DNA from: Lingula anatina
Taxonomy: Eukaryota > Animalia > Brachiopoda
NCBI GenBank assembly: GCA_051362555.1
Contig: CM120641.1
Coordinates: 6,262,001-6,326,000 of the forward strand
Reading direction: 5' to 3'
Length of the DNA: 64,000 nucleotides
The position numbers and the translations under genes were made by a program. The notes under the pieces were generated by a model. It ran no database searches. It was not told where the DNA came from and saw only the letters and a program-made list of their open reading frames with translations. This document shows positions 13,101 to 25,200 of this stretch, one piece after another (position 1 is the stretch's first letter; the number at the start of each line of letters is the position of its first letter).

Positions 13101-16100
13101 TAATAAAGTTGTTCTGTGTCTACACTGAAAAACCTTGCGTAATCTTAGTCTTAAAATGTAATAATATCTAAGATAATAATTGCAATTTCAACACAGAAAA
13201 GTAAGTAGTTTCCATCATTCAAGCTACTTTAAAACTGTTAGTAATGTGAAACATGAGGCTACAGCACACCTGTATCCACTTCATTCAAACAATGAAGAAA
13301 ATGGGCGGATTAAATGTAAATCTTTCAATGTTGGTTTCTTCTAAATCTGTAGCTCTTGACCTAGAATCTCAGAGCACTGAAACATATAGGTTGGATTTAT
13401 AACTTATATATAATGACTAATAAATAGCAGACTGTACTTTACCTTTGGGGTTACAATTCTCCTCATCTGAACCATCAGGGCACTGTGCTATCCCATCACA
13501 GCGGTCATACTTGGCAATGCAGTTTTCGCCAACATAAGAAGCTTTCCCATTGGTGCATTCCCATTGGAAATTTGGGTCACAGTCACGCCCTAAAGTAATA
13601 ATTTAAAGAAATCATGAAGACATGCAAAAATGATAATGACTAATATAATTTACTCTTACAATTCTTCTGTAAATTCAGAAAAGCATGCTTGCAGAAAATA
13701 ATGGAAGTTATACATAAAACTGCTCTAGGCTATCCTCTTTGACCAAACAAGTTATTTCAGTGTGTTATAATTTATTGGAAGGCTCATTTCAAGAGTCATC
13801 CATTCAACTTATCATTCATAATTTGCAGTGTACAGACAGAGAGATGCAATACTTGACAGAACTTCTTTGGCTGATATTCCCCAAGGGAACATTGCATCAA
13901 AATTGTCTCAAATTCTCTATCTGCTTGAATTAGTATATACTGACATGCCTAATTTAAGATACTGAAGGTGTTTGCCATTTTAACAACACCCCTCCTGAGC
14001 TTGAAACACAATTAAGTAGAAAACAGGCAGATATCATGCTAACCCAGACACAATCCTCATGTGAAGTTTAGACCCATTAAGCATTGATCATACATTCAGC
14101 AATAAATAATTAAGTCCCAGAAGTTGCTAATTACTTTTTCCTCTCTATATTAAAAAGAACTATAGACAGACAAGCAGTCTTAAATGGTGTATTTTTACAA
14201 AGAGGTTTTCTACTCATGTGAAATGACTAAGGTTCCATGAATACAAACTCCCAGGAGTGTAAGACAGGTCAAATCAATCACACAGAATTTCCAGTTTATA
14301 TAGCCAATGCACCAAATTAAGGGCATATAAATCAATATATGAATTATATAATTCCAGTTAATATTTTTTCTCATAACCTATCGGGGGCACTAAGAGAATG
14401 AAAATGGAAAGCTAATTCATGTCACTGACATAGCAAAATCAAACATTCTTGAATCAACTTACTGCAAACTCCATTTTTGGCATGATATCCACCCATACAC
14501 TGACAGAAGTTGTCTTTGCAATGGGAATGGGCTGTCTCACAGATATTTTCTTCAGCAGAACACAAGTTTAGGAGTGGTACTGAAAAATACATCATTTTAT
14601 AGAGAACGTAATTCTGTCTGAACAAATTTTGGCATGCAAAAAGTTTTACCAGTGAACAAAAGTAATAACTGTATGCTTGACTAATTTTTTCAAATGCATT
14701 TTTGATGTTTTGCTGACTATTCTAGCTTATCAGCAGGACTTAACTAGTGCCAATGTCATCCCATGTATTTATGATTCAGCAAATATATCACATTCATATA
14801 CCTCATTAATGACAAAGAAATTGAAATTAATATTCATGTACTTAAATAGCCTCCCCTTTTGTCCAATTTTAAAGTTTACATAAAAAGGTTTATAAAATGT
14901 TATACTTTAATTACTGATTTTGATGTGCTGTTTACTGTAATCTTTCAATCTTTTTGAAAAAAAAAGGAATGAAATATTCTTCAGAAATATATCTTATATA
15001 TATATAAAAATAAAAAAAGAGTCAACTGTTCATGTAAAATGCCCAGTAAATAGATCAAATTACACAAAGTGGCACAAAATTATGTTACAATCTAGCATAC
15101 AAAAACTAGGAAGCAACAAAGGGCAAATGTTATCCCAGAGCAAACATTAACTTTCTACGTCACTCAAATTCTCACAACTTTTCCCAATACAGAAATGAAA
15201 TAATCAATATCTTGATGACTGTATTAATCTTGCATTACCAACAATGTTAGCCCTTGCTTATGAAATGTGGCTTATTGAATTGCTGTTATAAAACAGTGAA
15301 TCTTAACAACAAAGAACTATCCACATTTTCTGACTTTGTAAATGTATGATATGGCCAATCAAGTGTTTTTCTTCCATCATATTTTGTCTCTCAAGGAAAC
15401 ATAAGGCACTTGTGGCCTGCTTTGAAGTGCAAAAGATTTCTCCTTATTCAGCTGATATTATTGGGTGACTTATTACTAGCATATACTACAGGATTATGTG
15501 GATCAAAATAGGGATAACAGGTTGAGCTGGCATTGTCCAAGGGAGTCATTTTTATCCATAATCCTGGAATCATATAAAACCAATTGGGAGTAGATGGGAG
15601 TAGATAGCAATAGGTTCAGAGGATATAAACTCTGTTACCACTCCTGATAAATGGACCAAAATTGGCATAGTTTTGATGAACAATCAGGTCTGACAGATGT
15701 GTGATAAGATCTTTGAAACTGGTGGCATGTGGTCTTGTTAGTAAAGGTTCTTTGAAAATTGGTGTCACTTAACATTATTAGAGATAAAATTTAACTAAGT
15801 CAATGTTTGTTTTGATTGTAAGAAAATTGTCTACAACCCGCTGTAGTACTCGTGCACAGCCCTTTTAGCCATTGAAATTTTTTCTGATATTAGCCCAGGT
15901 AAAAAAGAAAATACAGAAAATGTGCAGAGCCCCAGGCAGATGAGAGTTAAAAGTCACAAATGCAAGTGTTTGAGAAAAAATTATAAAGGAAAACAACAAA
16001 ACTAGAAAAGCACTTTGAGAGTGCAGACCTCTGCCAAGGCAGCAATTGTTGATTATTATTGATAATTGATTGATTATTGATCCGGACCACCACCAAAAAT

Positions 16101-16283
16101 TAATCATTGTCCTCTTTGGCCCACTTCCGACAGTTCCTGAAAATTTCTGCAAAATCGGTCCATAACTTTTTTGTGTTATGTGGATGACAGACAAACAGGG
16201 GTGAAAATATAACCTCCTTGGCAGAGCTTGAGGTAAATATAATTCCAATGAAGATGCTATTCAAACTTTTAATCTTCCAGTTT

Positions 16284-16353
<70 letters not shown>

Positions 16354-19300
16354 TTATTTGCAATATTAAACAAAATTTACCTGCATAATTATCACTGCTT
16401 CCTTATTATTAATCTAGCAGAGAGCTTTACCTTTGGGAGTTTACAGGGAAATATCAACAAGTGTGCTTTACGTAATCTCATTTAATGGCCTATTAAAGCA
16501 AATGACTTTATAACTCTGAAATTAATCTAGTGATACCCAAGGGTAATTTACAGACTGACCCACTCAAAGGTCTTCAGGCCCATAAGTCACACCTTAAGAA
16601 AAGCACAAAACCATAATGCCCAAAATAGGAGACTACCAATCCTGATGCAATAATACATTATGTTTAACTGCACAGTCAACATCAACTTATGCACAACAGG
16701 TAACACAGACGAAAGTAAAAGCATAAGGCTCCAGGCCCATCAGAGTTCAAGTTTATACTTAGAAAGTGCCAGAATGAGAAAAATGAAAATTTCACAAAAA
16801 ATGCATAAATACAATAAACATGATAATCCAATAGAGCTGGTTTTCTCATGAGCTGAAGGCCAATCCTAAAAATCGTACTTGTAAGTTTAAAATTATAATA
16901 AGTGGCACAGTTTTCTTTTCATAATGTTTGCAGTAGCAATGCAAAAATATTGTTGTCAATTTTGATGTAACATTACATAATAAATTATAGAATAATTATC
17001 ACCAATCTTTGATTATTGACAATAAATAGCATGGACATGTAGAAAATTTGATTACCATTCGGCTTCATGTCCATGGGAGCTCCGAGTCCCACAATGAATA
17101 TGCCAAAAAGATAATGAATATTTCACTCAAATGTATAACTTCCAGAAAAAGAAGCCAATTAGACTGCTTTTCCAACTCATTCTGCATTTTAGTCCTGTGT
17201 TTCTTTTTTAAAGGTTTGACAGTCATAACACGGTTTTCCCATAATGCTCATCATAGCAGCCGCACCAAAAATTGTGTTTTCTTCTATTTTGATGCAATAT
17301 TACATAATGCTTAACAGCATAATGACCATCAATTTTTAATAATAGAATATTAGTAACATGGACATTCAGAAAACGTGACAAGCAAAGGTCTTCAGGATCA
17401 TGGAACTTCAAAGTCACACCTTGAAAACGCCAATAAGTGAAAAATTAAATTTTCACAAAAAACTGTTTAACTGCCAGAAAAAATTACCAAACAGACTGCA
17501 TTGCCAACTGAAGCTGTATTTTAGACCCATGTTTCTTTCCTGTAAGTTTGAGAACGGTAATTGACATGATTTTTGTTAAATGGTCATTATGAGAGCAGTG
17601 CCCAAAATAGGGGTTTCTTCAAATTTTGATGCAATATTACATAATGTTTAACAGCATAATGACCATCAATTTTTAATAATGGAATATTAGTCACATGAAC
17701 ATTCAGAAAACATGACTAGCAAAGGTCTGCAGGCTCATGGAACTTCAAAGTCACACCTTGAAAATGCCAATATGTGAAAAATTAAATTTTCACAAAAACT
17801 GTTTAACTGCCAGAAAAAATTACCAAACAGACTGCATTGCCTACTGAAGCTGTATTTTAGCCCTATGTTTCATTCCTGTAAGTTTGAGAACAGTAAGTGA
17901 CATGGTTTTTCTTAAATGGTCATCATGGGAGCAGTGCCCAAAATAGGGGTTTCTTCACATTTTGATGCAATATTACATAATGTTTAACAGCATAATGACC
18001 ATCAATTTTTAATAATAGAATATTAGTAACATGAACATTCAGAAAACGTGACTAGCAAAGGTCTGCAGGCTCATGGAACTTCAAAGTCACACCTTGAAAA
18101 TGCCAAAATGTAAACAAGACAGCACTGTTCTGAAATGGGTTTATTTCCATTTTTAACATTTTTTTAACATAAAACAAAATAAACAGTTTGTTGCCATTTT
18201 TATATGACCAACTAAGAAAATTGATGAAATGGGAAAAATATCAATAGAACAGTGTTAAATGTCCAACTTCCTCCATTCTGAGATTCTGAACATAGTGGAT
18301 GAATGCATCTGACAAACTGCAATGATATGAGTTTATTTCCATTTTTGACACTTTATTACACAATACATGATAACAAGTTTACCATCATTTTTAGAAAATC
18401 AACTAACAATGTTGTAAAGATGCAGGAAATGTCAAACAAACACTTTTACGTATCTTATTAGTTCAATAATGAGACTGTTAACATGCCTAAGAATTGAATG
18501 TGAGGAAATGTGAAAAAACAGCATAACTTCTAAAATAATGGACTGATTATGCTGATTTTCAAACTCAACCTGCGTTTTAGTAAGATTGGCCCCTCCTGTG
18601 AGTATAATGACAATTGGCCAATCTGTTTTTCTTATATTGTGTTATCAGTGTTGCATATATACTGAAAAAAGTGAAAAAACAGCATAAATTCCCTGTAAGT
18701 GACCCGATCATGCTGATTTTCAAACTTGACCTGCGTATTATGAATATTTATCAGTTCTGTAAGTTTCAAGCTGAAAGGTAAAATGGTTTTCCACTTATCG
18801 TGTTATCGGTGCTGCACATATGCTGAAAAAAGAGAAAAAATAGCCTAAATTCACTAAAAATGACCCAATCACGCTGATTTTCGAACTTGACCTCAGTATT
18901 ATGTATATTCATCAGTTCTGTAAGTTTCAAGCCAAAAGGTAAAATGGTTTTCCACTTATCGTGTTATCGGTGCTGCATATATGCTGAAAAAAGTGAAAAA
19001 ACAGCATAAATTCCATATAAGTGACCCGATCATGCTGATTTTCGAACTTGACCTGCGTATTATGAATATTCATCAGTTCTGTAAGTTTCAAACAAAAAGA
19101 AAAAACAGTTTTCCACTTATCGTGTTATCGGTAAAAGTGCACGGCGACGACGGCAACGACGGCGACGGCGACAGCGACGACAGACGCAGATGACGGCTAT
19201 ATGTACAGACACATCTGTGTCTGTACATAAAAATCATGAAATTCAAAATAACATTTTCTTCCCAAACTGCTGATAAGATATCATCAGCAAAATGACCATA

Positions 19301-20678
19301 CTTTATCTGACAGCAAATAAAGCTCATTAACACTATTTGATAATATTATAACAACCAGTATTATATAACTTCATTTTTCAGTGTTCTTGGCTAAAAGGGT
19401 ATCATATTATGCAAACTCTGAGTCTCATCTATATGGGATACGCATATATTATTTACGAAAGTTTAAATTTATTTACACTGTATACTCATACTAAAGTATA
19501 CATCCTTATTTTTCATCTCTTCATAATCCAAGTAAAAAGACCAGGAAATATGCATTTCCACCTTATCTTAACTCTACTGGTATAAACTGATGGAAATTGA
19601 CAGGCTAAAATATTAACTGGAAAGACGTTAGGGAGTACAAAAACATTTGACCTTACTGTTAATTTTTCTCTGTAATTATTGTTTGACTAAGAACACAAGA
19701 AAACTATGCTTTTTTTCACCTTGGCAATCCTGCTTCATATAACAGTTATACCCATATTTTATCACAGCCCAGATCTCACTTTCCACTGGCAGTTCAATGT
19801 TCAAATATGTCCATAAAGGTTTATAAGATTTATTTATAACCTACCTTTTGTTTTTTCTTTAGGTTTAGTAGTGTGCTTCTCAGTTACTGTTGTTCTTTCA
19901 GTTGTAGTAGTAGCTGTAGTGGTTGTAGTTGTAGTAGTAGTAGTCGTGCTAGCTGTAGTTGGAGCAGCAGTAGTTGTTGTAGGGGTAGTTGCCTTGGCAG
20001 TGGTACTACTTGTTGTAGTGCTGGGTTGGGCATTTTCCTCTTCTATAAACTTGTTTTCACTTGCATCTTCATTACTTGTAATTAATCGATCCTCTAAGAT
20101 CATTGTATTGTACTTAGAAGAAGAAGTAAACTGACATATCCCTTTCTTCCGACAGTTAAATAAATAACAGCTACTGTCCTTCTGTAAGTTAAAAAATAGG
20201 TTCAATTAAAACTAGCAGCAATAACATTTGGCTGATGTCCTGACAGCATAAGAAGTCATATGCAGAAGCTTAGGAACATCATGGCCAAAGGAGGATAACT
20301 GTAAAACGACAAATATCTAAGGACTTAATTCAGTGCTAACATTATTATTATTTATAAAGGAACACACACCGTCTGATAGACTGCTACACTGCATTTTTCT
20401 CTGTAACAGCATTCTTGTAAACAATCTCTCTGAGATTCTACATCATCAGGGGCCTTTAGAAATTCTGCTCCTGCTGAAAGAGAAGCATTAGTCCTGATAA
20501 TAGTGCTCCGTCTAGTTTCATATTGACATCTAGGCTCCTGGTTGTGCCTTTCGTCGAGTCGTTTCTCAAGTTCCTGGAGCAATTTCGAGCTCAACAACTT
20601 GGCATAGTCTTCTGGAACTTCAACAGTGAGGACCCCAGATAATACTGCCAAACTTATCAAAAGACAATGCGTCTTCAT
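4188..20678 (-). CDS. LRP11: LRP11-like type I membrane protein (signal peptide, MANSC, Thr-rich stalk, EB-like Cys module, LDLa, long low-complexity region, TM helix, short tail)
   Basis: Exons with GT-AG ends and consistent phase: 20678-20370, 20181-19845, 14579-14463, 13589-13443, 8489-7020, (5965-5894), 5132-5085, 4834-4766, 4600-4188. MANSC signatures: IIRTNASLSAGAEFL, CLQECC, CYLFNC. LDLa: CIAKYDRCDGIAQCPDGSDEENC. TM: ILALSLGLTVMALLLLFVGC. The C-terminus EADYLINGMYL is the LRP11-family tail motif. Confidence 0.88.
5894..5965 (-). CDS. Candidate 72-nt in-frame cassette exon of the LRP11-like gene
   Basis: ttttattatttag|GTTAC...GGCTTG|gtacta, phase 1-1, translates (G)YFRNSLFNDHAKPVYQFPYRTWL with no stop. 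Confidence 0.5.
9378..11606. mobile_element. Non-autonomous TIR DNA transposon with TA target duplication (Tc1/mariner-pogo-like)
   Basis: Perfect 25-bp TIR CGGTAAAGTCTTGAAAATTTCGTCG ... CGACGAAATTTTCAAGACTTTACCG, with TA at 9376-9377 and 11607-11608. Removing it restores the host repeat gcaatatta|cataatgtttaac, seen intact at about 17631 and 17968. No transposase ORF. Confidence 0.92.
9878..11040. repeat. Internal higher-order tandem array of the TA element (~230-330-bp units built from ~49-bp subunits, with long G runs)
   Basis: Recurrent atgaaaattgc...cgcgaacgatctccc subunits. Units start near 9878, 10165, 10494 and 10724. Poly-G tracts near 10085, 10144, 10466, 10654 and 10710. Confidence 0.85.
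16000..16236 (+). mobile_element. Small HINE/DINE-1-like element nested in copy 2 of the large element
   Basis: Begins aactagaaaagcact. Sub-terminal IR ctctgccaagg (about 16029-16039) / ccttggcagag (about 16216-16226), short (GACA)n tract, 3' hairpin acctc...gaggt. The flanks rejoin to aacaacaaa|aatataattc as in the uninterrupted copy near 63365-63380 (-). Confidence 0.8.
16286..16349. repeat. (TA)n microsatellite
   Basis: About 32 perfect TA units. Confidence 0.97.
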
Positions 20679-22256
20679 TGTAAGCAGTGATTGTTCTCAG
20701 GTTCCAATATCGTGCGAAAATTCCAAAAGAACAATGGATATTCTACTAGTCTACATTATCCGTGTTGTCAATATGGCGTCATCCGGCATACCTTCTTCAC
20801 GGTAGATGGCAGGTGCTCACGGTGAGCAGTAAGATGCCCAAGAGGAGCTCCTGGGGTTTTAAAGCAACAAGAAAATCTTGGTGCGTCTTTTTAAAATTTT
20901 CTACAATAATATTTATACGCATATCTAACAACGTGTTCGATAGACCACAAGACAAACAAAAAAATAAATAATAATTAAATTTAAAAAAAAGAAGAAGACG
21001 AATTCCCGCAGTTCTGTGGGAGTCAGTTGATCATATTATTAGTGCTGAAAGGCTGAACCGAGAGTTTGAATGTCACATTTTTTAACTTTTGGAGAAGATG
21101 CTTACTGGTTTTGGCTACATACATACTTTTTAGAATAATACAACACCAAATATGGACTTTAAATGCAATAAAGCACTGGCAAATAATTTCAGTGTAATTA
21201 TTTAGGTGTACCATGATTATATCAGTAATATGAACTTGACATCTCCAATTCACAATTCCTTTTCCTCTTTCAAGAATTAAATAAATGACAAAATATTTAA
21301 ATCTACGTTAAAAGAAAACAAGTGTCAAAAGCAGATTATTCATATATAAACAGTTTATTTTATCCTTTTCACAACCATCTACACATTTAGGCACTCTTTA
21401 CAGGGTAAGACAACTATCTAAGTCAACATTGCACTTTTAAACAATTTTCTGAGTAGCTTCCCAGCATTGTTGTTAAAATCAAATGGTGGGTGGTAAATAT
21501 TGAATGGTTAACATGACAAGCACATCTCACATGACACTCTTGAAGGAGCATAAACTAAAGAGCAAATTACTTGAGTTTTAATTGCACCCAGTTCACCATA
21601 TTTTTGTATTTACACTACAAATAAAGAAATGACATTAACTTAGACACTATTTATCATAATAATAAATACAAAATTACATACACCAAAATATATATACAAA
21701 AAACTGATTAACATCCAACAGTGCACAAATATGACAGCATCTTTGATGAAATTTCTAACTCACTTTAGTCAGTGTGCCATCATTGTAGGCCAGAAATATC
21801 TCAATCCTTTTTTCGATCACTGAAAGTTTCATGTATCAGCATCTTCACTCAAAAGAAGCCTCAACAGGGTAAAGCTACATAAATCAGACACTTACTACTA
21901 GTATGAGATGTCAAGGCATGGAAAATTGTAGCCAGTTCATAAAGGTATTAACAGCCAGACAGGTAAAACTGACCACTAATTCCCCTCCATTTTTCTGACA
22001 CAGAACACCAGGAATGCAGACATCCATGATACCACAAGCCCTAGTTCCAGGAAATGGAATCTGTTCTGAACTGATGGAGCACTGTATTGCAAAGCAAAGC
22101 AAACAGAGCAAAGCATGACATCTGCCACACTATAGTGGAAACTTTTAAGTCCTTAATTCATTATTTTTTCATGGACTGCAATTAATACTTAATGTCATGA
22201 CTTTATTGGCTGTAGCTTGATTTTCCCACTACTAAAACAGAAGTCAAAGTCAGGGT

Positions 22257-25200
22257 TCAGTCTTTGTCCACACTAGTAAGCTTAGGAGGCTTTGGAGGCA
22301 CTGGTGTAGTGTTTGATGGGCGGATGAGTGGTGGCGGTTGCTGCAGAATTGGGCGGTTATTTGATCTGTAAAATAAAAAGTTGACATCAATTTTAATACA
22401 GGTATTCAACCAACAAGGTCATAACACTTCACAAAATGAAATCTACTTCAAGCATTCAACTAAGATAACATTTGAACGATATCCACAAATGACAAATGAA
22501 CCCTCTTCTTGATAAATTTAATACTCACAAATACTTATTACCTGTTTTGCTACAGAACTTTTTAAAATTAAAATTTAGAAAAGTAAATACCTGGCTGGTT
22601 GTTGCAAGTAGGTGGATTTTACTGGGCTCTGACCCTGCTTCAGCAATGGTGGAGGGGCACCAACATTTGAACCTACACTTGGAGCAGTTTGCTTGTCATC
22701 TTCCAACTCCATCTGAAAGGAATGTTGAATAATTTATATGCGTCTATCACTGAAAAATAAAAATTAAACAGAAACCCAGTTGCTCTTTTGTGAAACTTAA
22801 GAAAGACAGACAATGATGTGTAAATATAAGGAAGTAATTTTCTTTTTGGTAATCAGATTTGCTTTGTTGAGTTAGGTTTTACCTAATGGCAGTTCAGGAT
22901 CTCACACTTTCAAAATTCAGTGTCTTTTTTTTTAATATGCAATCTTCAAAATTTCATACCTTTTCTTCAACACCATTCAAATCCTCCTCATATTTTGTTC
23001 CATCAGATCCATGCTCCTTCTCGTACTCTGCTAACACCTCATCCAAGTTGTATCTTCTTCGGAAATTGATGAAAAATGTACGCACATGTGCTTCAGTTTT
23101 GTTGCCAATGGTCTCCGCTATTGCTCTGAAATTCTTGCCATATTTTCTTACTCCTGAAAATAAATGTCAAAATGAAGACTAGAACATTTGGAAAAGTTTG
23201 AAACATATTCTTTCTTGATGAAACAGAATTTAGAATCTGCAATCAAAAGTGACCAAGTATAAAATATATACCTTGAACAGCCAACAGTAATTCTTCGTTT
23301 GTCCATCTGGCATTAATCCGCTGATTCCCCTCTGGTATTCGCAGGTCATCGATTCCACCTATGGTCTTGTGTTTTTGTAGGCTCAACATCTGCTTATTAT
23401 TCTGCACCTAAAAAATTAATAAACACCATAATTAATCTTTGTGAAACAGCAAAAAGTCAATTAATACAAGTGTTCAGGTGAACAATAACCACTCATTTTC
23501 TTGAGATGTAATGACAACACCTAAAAAATATCCAACATTTATCTTTACTATGCCCACACTAACCTGTCGCTTCAGACTAACAAGTTCAGCTTCCAAATTC
23601 TTCAACAGGGCATCTCCTTGTCCTGCTGGTCCTGTGGCCAAGGCAATAAGGTCATCTTGCTCCAGGTACATGCCTCTAGGTGGCTTTCTTTTGTTCTTGT
23701 AAGGATGGTGACGACTTTGGAGGTCACGCTTACCCATAGCAGTACGCATCACTCCTGTTCTCCTGATAAAGATAAATAAATGACAATATAATGAAAAAAT
23801 TAATAGTTCAAAATAAATTAGGAGAATTTGACCATGTGAAAAAAGATAATAATATGGTTATAATAATTTATTAGTAATAATTGATACTTTATAACTGTAG
23901 AATCTGAAGACTGCTTTGAAGAAACCCCAGGTGACCAGACTTACCTCCAGTACTGATAGCAGGAGCTGCACAGATTTCCTTTAGGTGTGGAATGTAATTG
24001 TGTGCAGGTTATTTCACAGTTAGTACAAATTGTTTTGCCATCAGCAGAGACTGTAGTCTTCTAAAATATCAAAAATAAACAAATGAAATAGCAATACACA
24101 TAAACATTGATGTTATGTGAACATTTAGATTCTATGTGACCTTGTTTTTTTTCAATTAAAAAAATAAGGATTTAAAGAGATATATATGTCAAAAAATTGC
24201 ATGTATCATCTCAATTTATTTGACCAAATATACTCCACCTTAAACTTATACTCACCCCATTTTCTTTATTCTTTTCAAAATCACTATCACTGCTGCTGCC
24301 TAGATCCTCATCACTAAAGAAGGTAATAATATAACTATTCATTTAACAAAACAAAAGTCAAATCTCACAACATAAAATGACATTTAGGGTGGTCTTCAAT
24401 TTAATATGTATGCAGTGTATATATATATATATATAATGCTTATTCATTTCGTACAAAGTCAAATCTTAAAAACTGAATATGATTAACCAATAATGAAAAT
24501 TAAAATGACTCCTCAAAGTTATCATTGCAATAAAGTAAAAAGATAAGAATGCATAATGTACCTGTCATCTCTATGGTTGGCTAGTTTACGGGCTTGTCTG
24601 TCCATCAGACTAGTGCGTGATCTGGTTTTCTTCCAAGAATAATAGTACTTCACCAAACTGGCAATAGATTTATCAGGCAACTGGAAAGACAGAAATTATC
24701 TTTAAAAACCATCATGTCACCTGGGTTGAAAATTTATTTTATTAACAATTTCATTTAGGTTTAAAAATAATAGTACAAATAAGAATTAGTATTAGTGAGA
24801 ATTAGTATTATAAAGAATAGTATTTTTTTACAATACAAAAGAATCAAAATATTGCAGAAAAGATTTACCATTTGTCTTATTCTGTGAAAGCTCTTCCCAT
24901 GGAAGCTAAATGCTTGTTCAAACAGCACTTTATCTTCCACTGTCCACTCATCAGGGAAGGGTGTGAAGTTGGCTAAGTCAGCAAGAGCCTTGTCAACCAC
25001 GTGTTTATGCCAGAACAACATACCAAGAGCCTAGAAGACAAATGTTTATAATGTTTTACAATTAATAAAATTTAAATAACTGCAAACATAATGATTATTT
25101 ACACTATTGGCAACATGTGGTTGAAACTGTCATAATTTCTATTTTATAACAAAATATGGAAAATATTATAATTTTTAATTGAAAATATGATCTAGTTCAC

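Larger units (their letters stand above)
8649..13103 (+). mobile_element. Large non-autonomous Helentron-type element (HINE), copy 1, interrupted by a TA-flanked TIR element
   Basis: Start acaag-gcagcaaagctgtc-aa-atgtacagaca (sub-terminal IR). Then ~335-bp repeats, a duplicated ~400-bp block (about 11740-12540), three ~159-bp units and a (GACGGC)n tract. Ends in the hairpin tatgtacagacaca-tc-tgtgtctgtacata. No TSD seen. Confidence 0.8.
15905..19229 (+). mobile_element. Large Helentron-type element (HINE), copy 2, 5' end not found
   Basis: Colinear with the reverse complement of about 60811-63470. Contains ~335-bp repeats (markers near 17061, 17387, 17723, 18060), four 161-bp units (18519, 18680, 18841, 19002), (GACGGC)n and the same terminal hairpin at 19200-19229. 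Confidence 0.8.

Noticed and set aside
15490-15566. Imperfect inverted repeat caggattat..ggat / atccataatcctg
   Set aside because: Short, single copy and without a TSD, so too weak to call.
15865-16363. ORFs of 127 aa and 87 aa (IYIYIY...)
   Set aside because: They derive from the small HINE and the (TA)n microsatellite.
18981-19193. Recurrent ORF MLKKVKKQHKF...DDRRR (also at 60469, 60847 and 61065)
   Set aside because: Chance translation of the 161-bp unit plus microsatellite. Copies differ by frameshifts and start codons.
19871-20134. Poly-Val hydrophobic ORF on the plus strand
   Set aside because: Antisense shadow of the Thr-rich exon of the LRP11-like gene.
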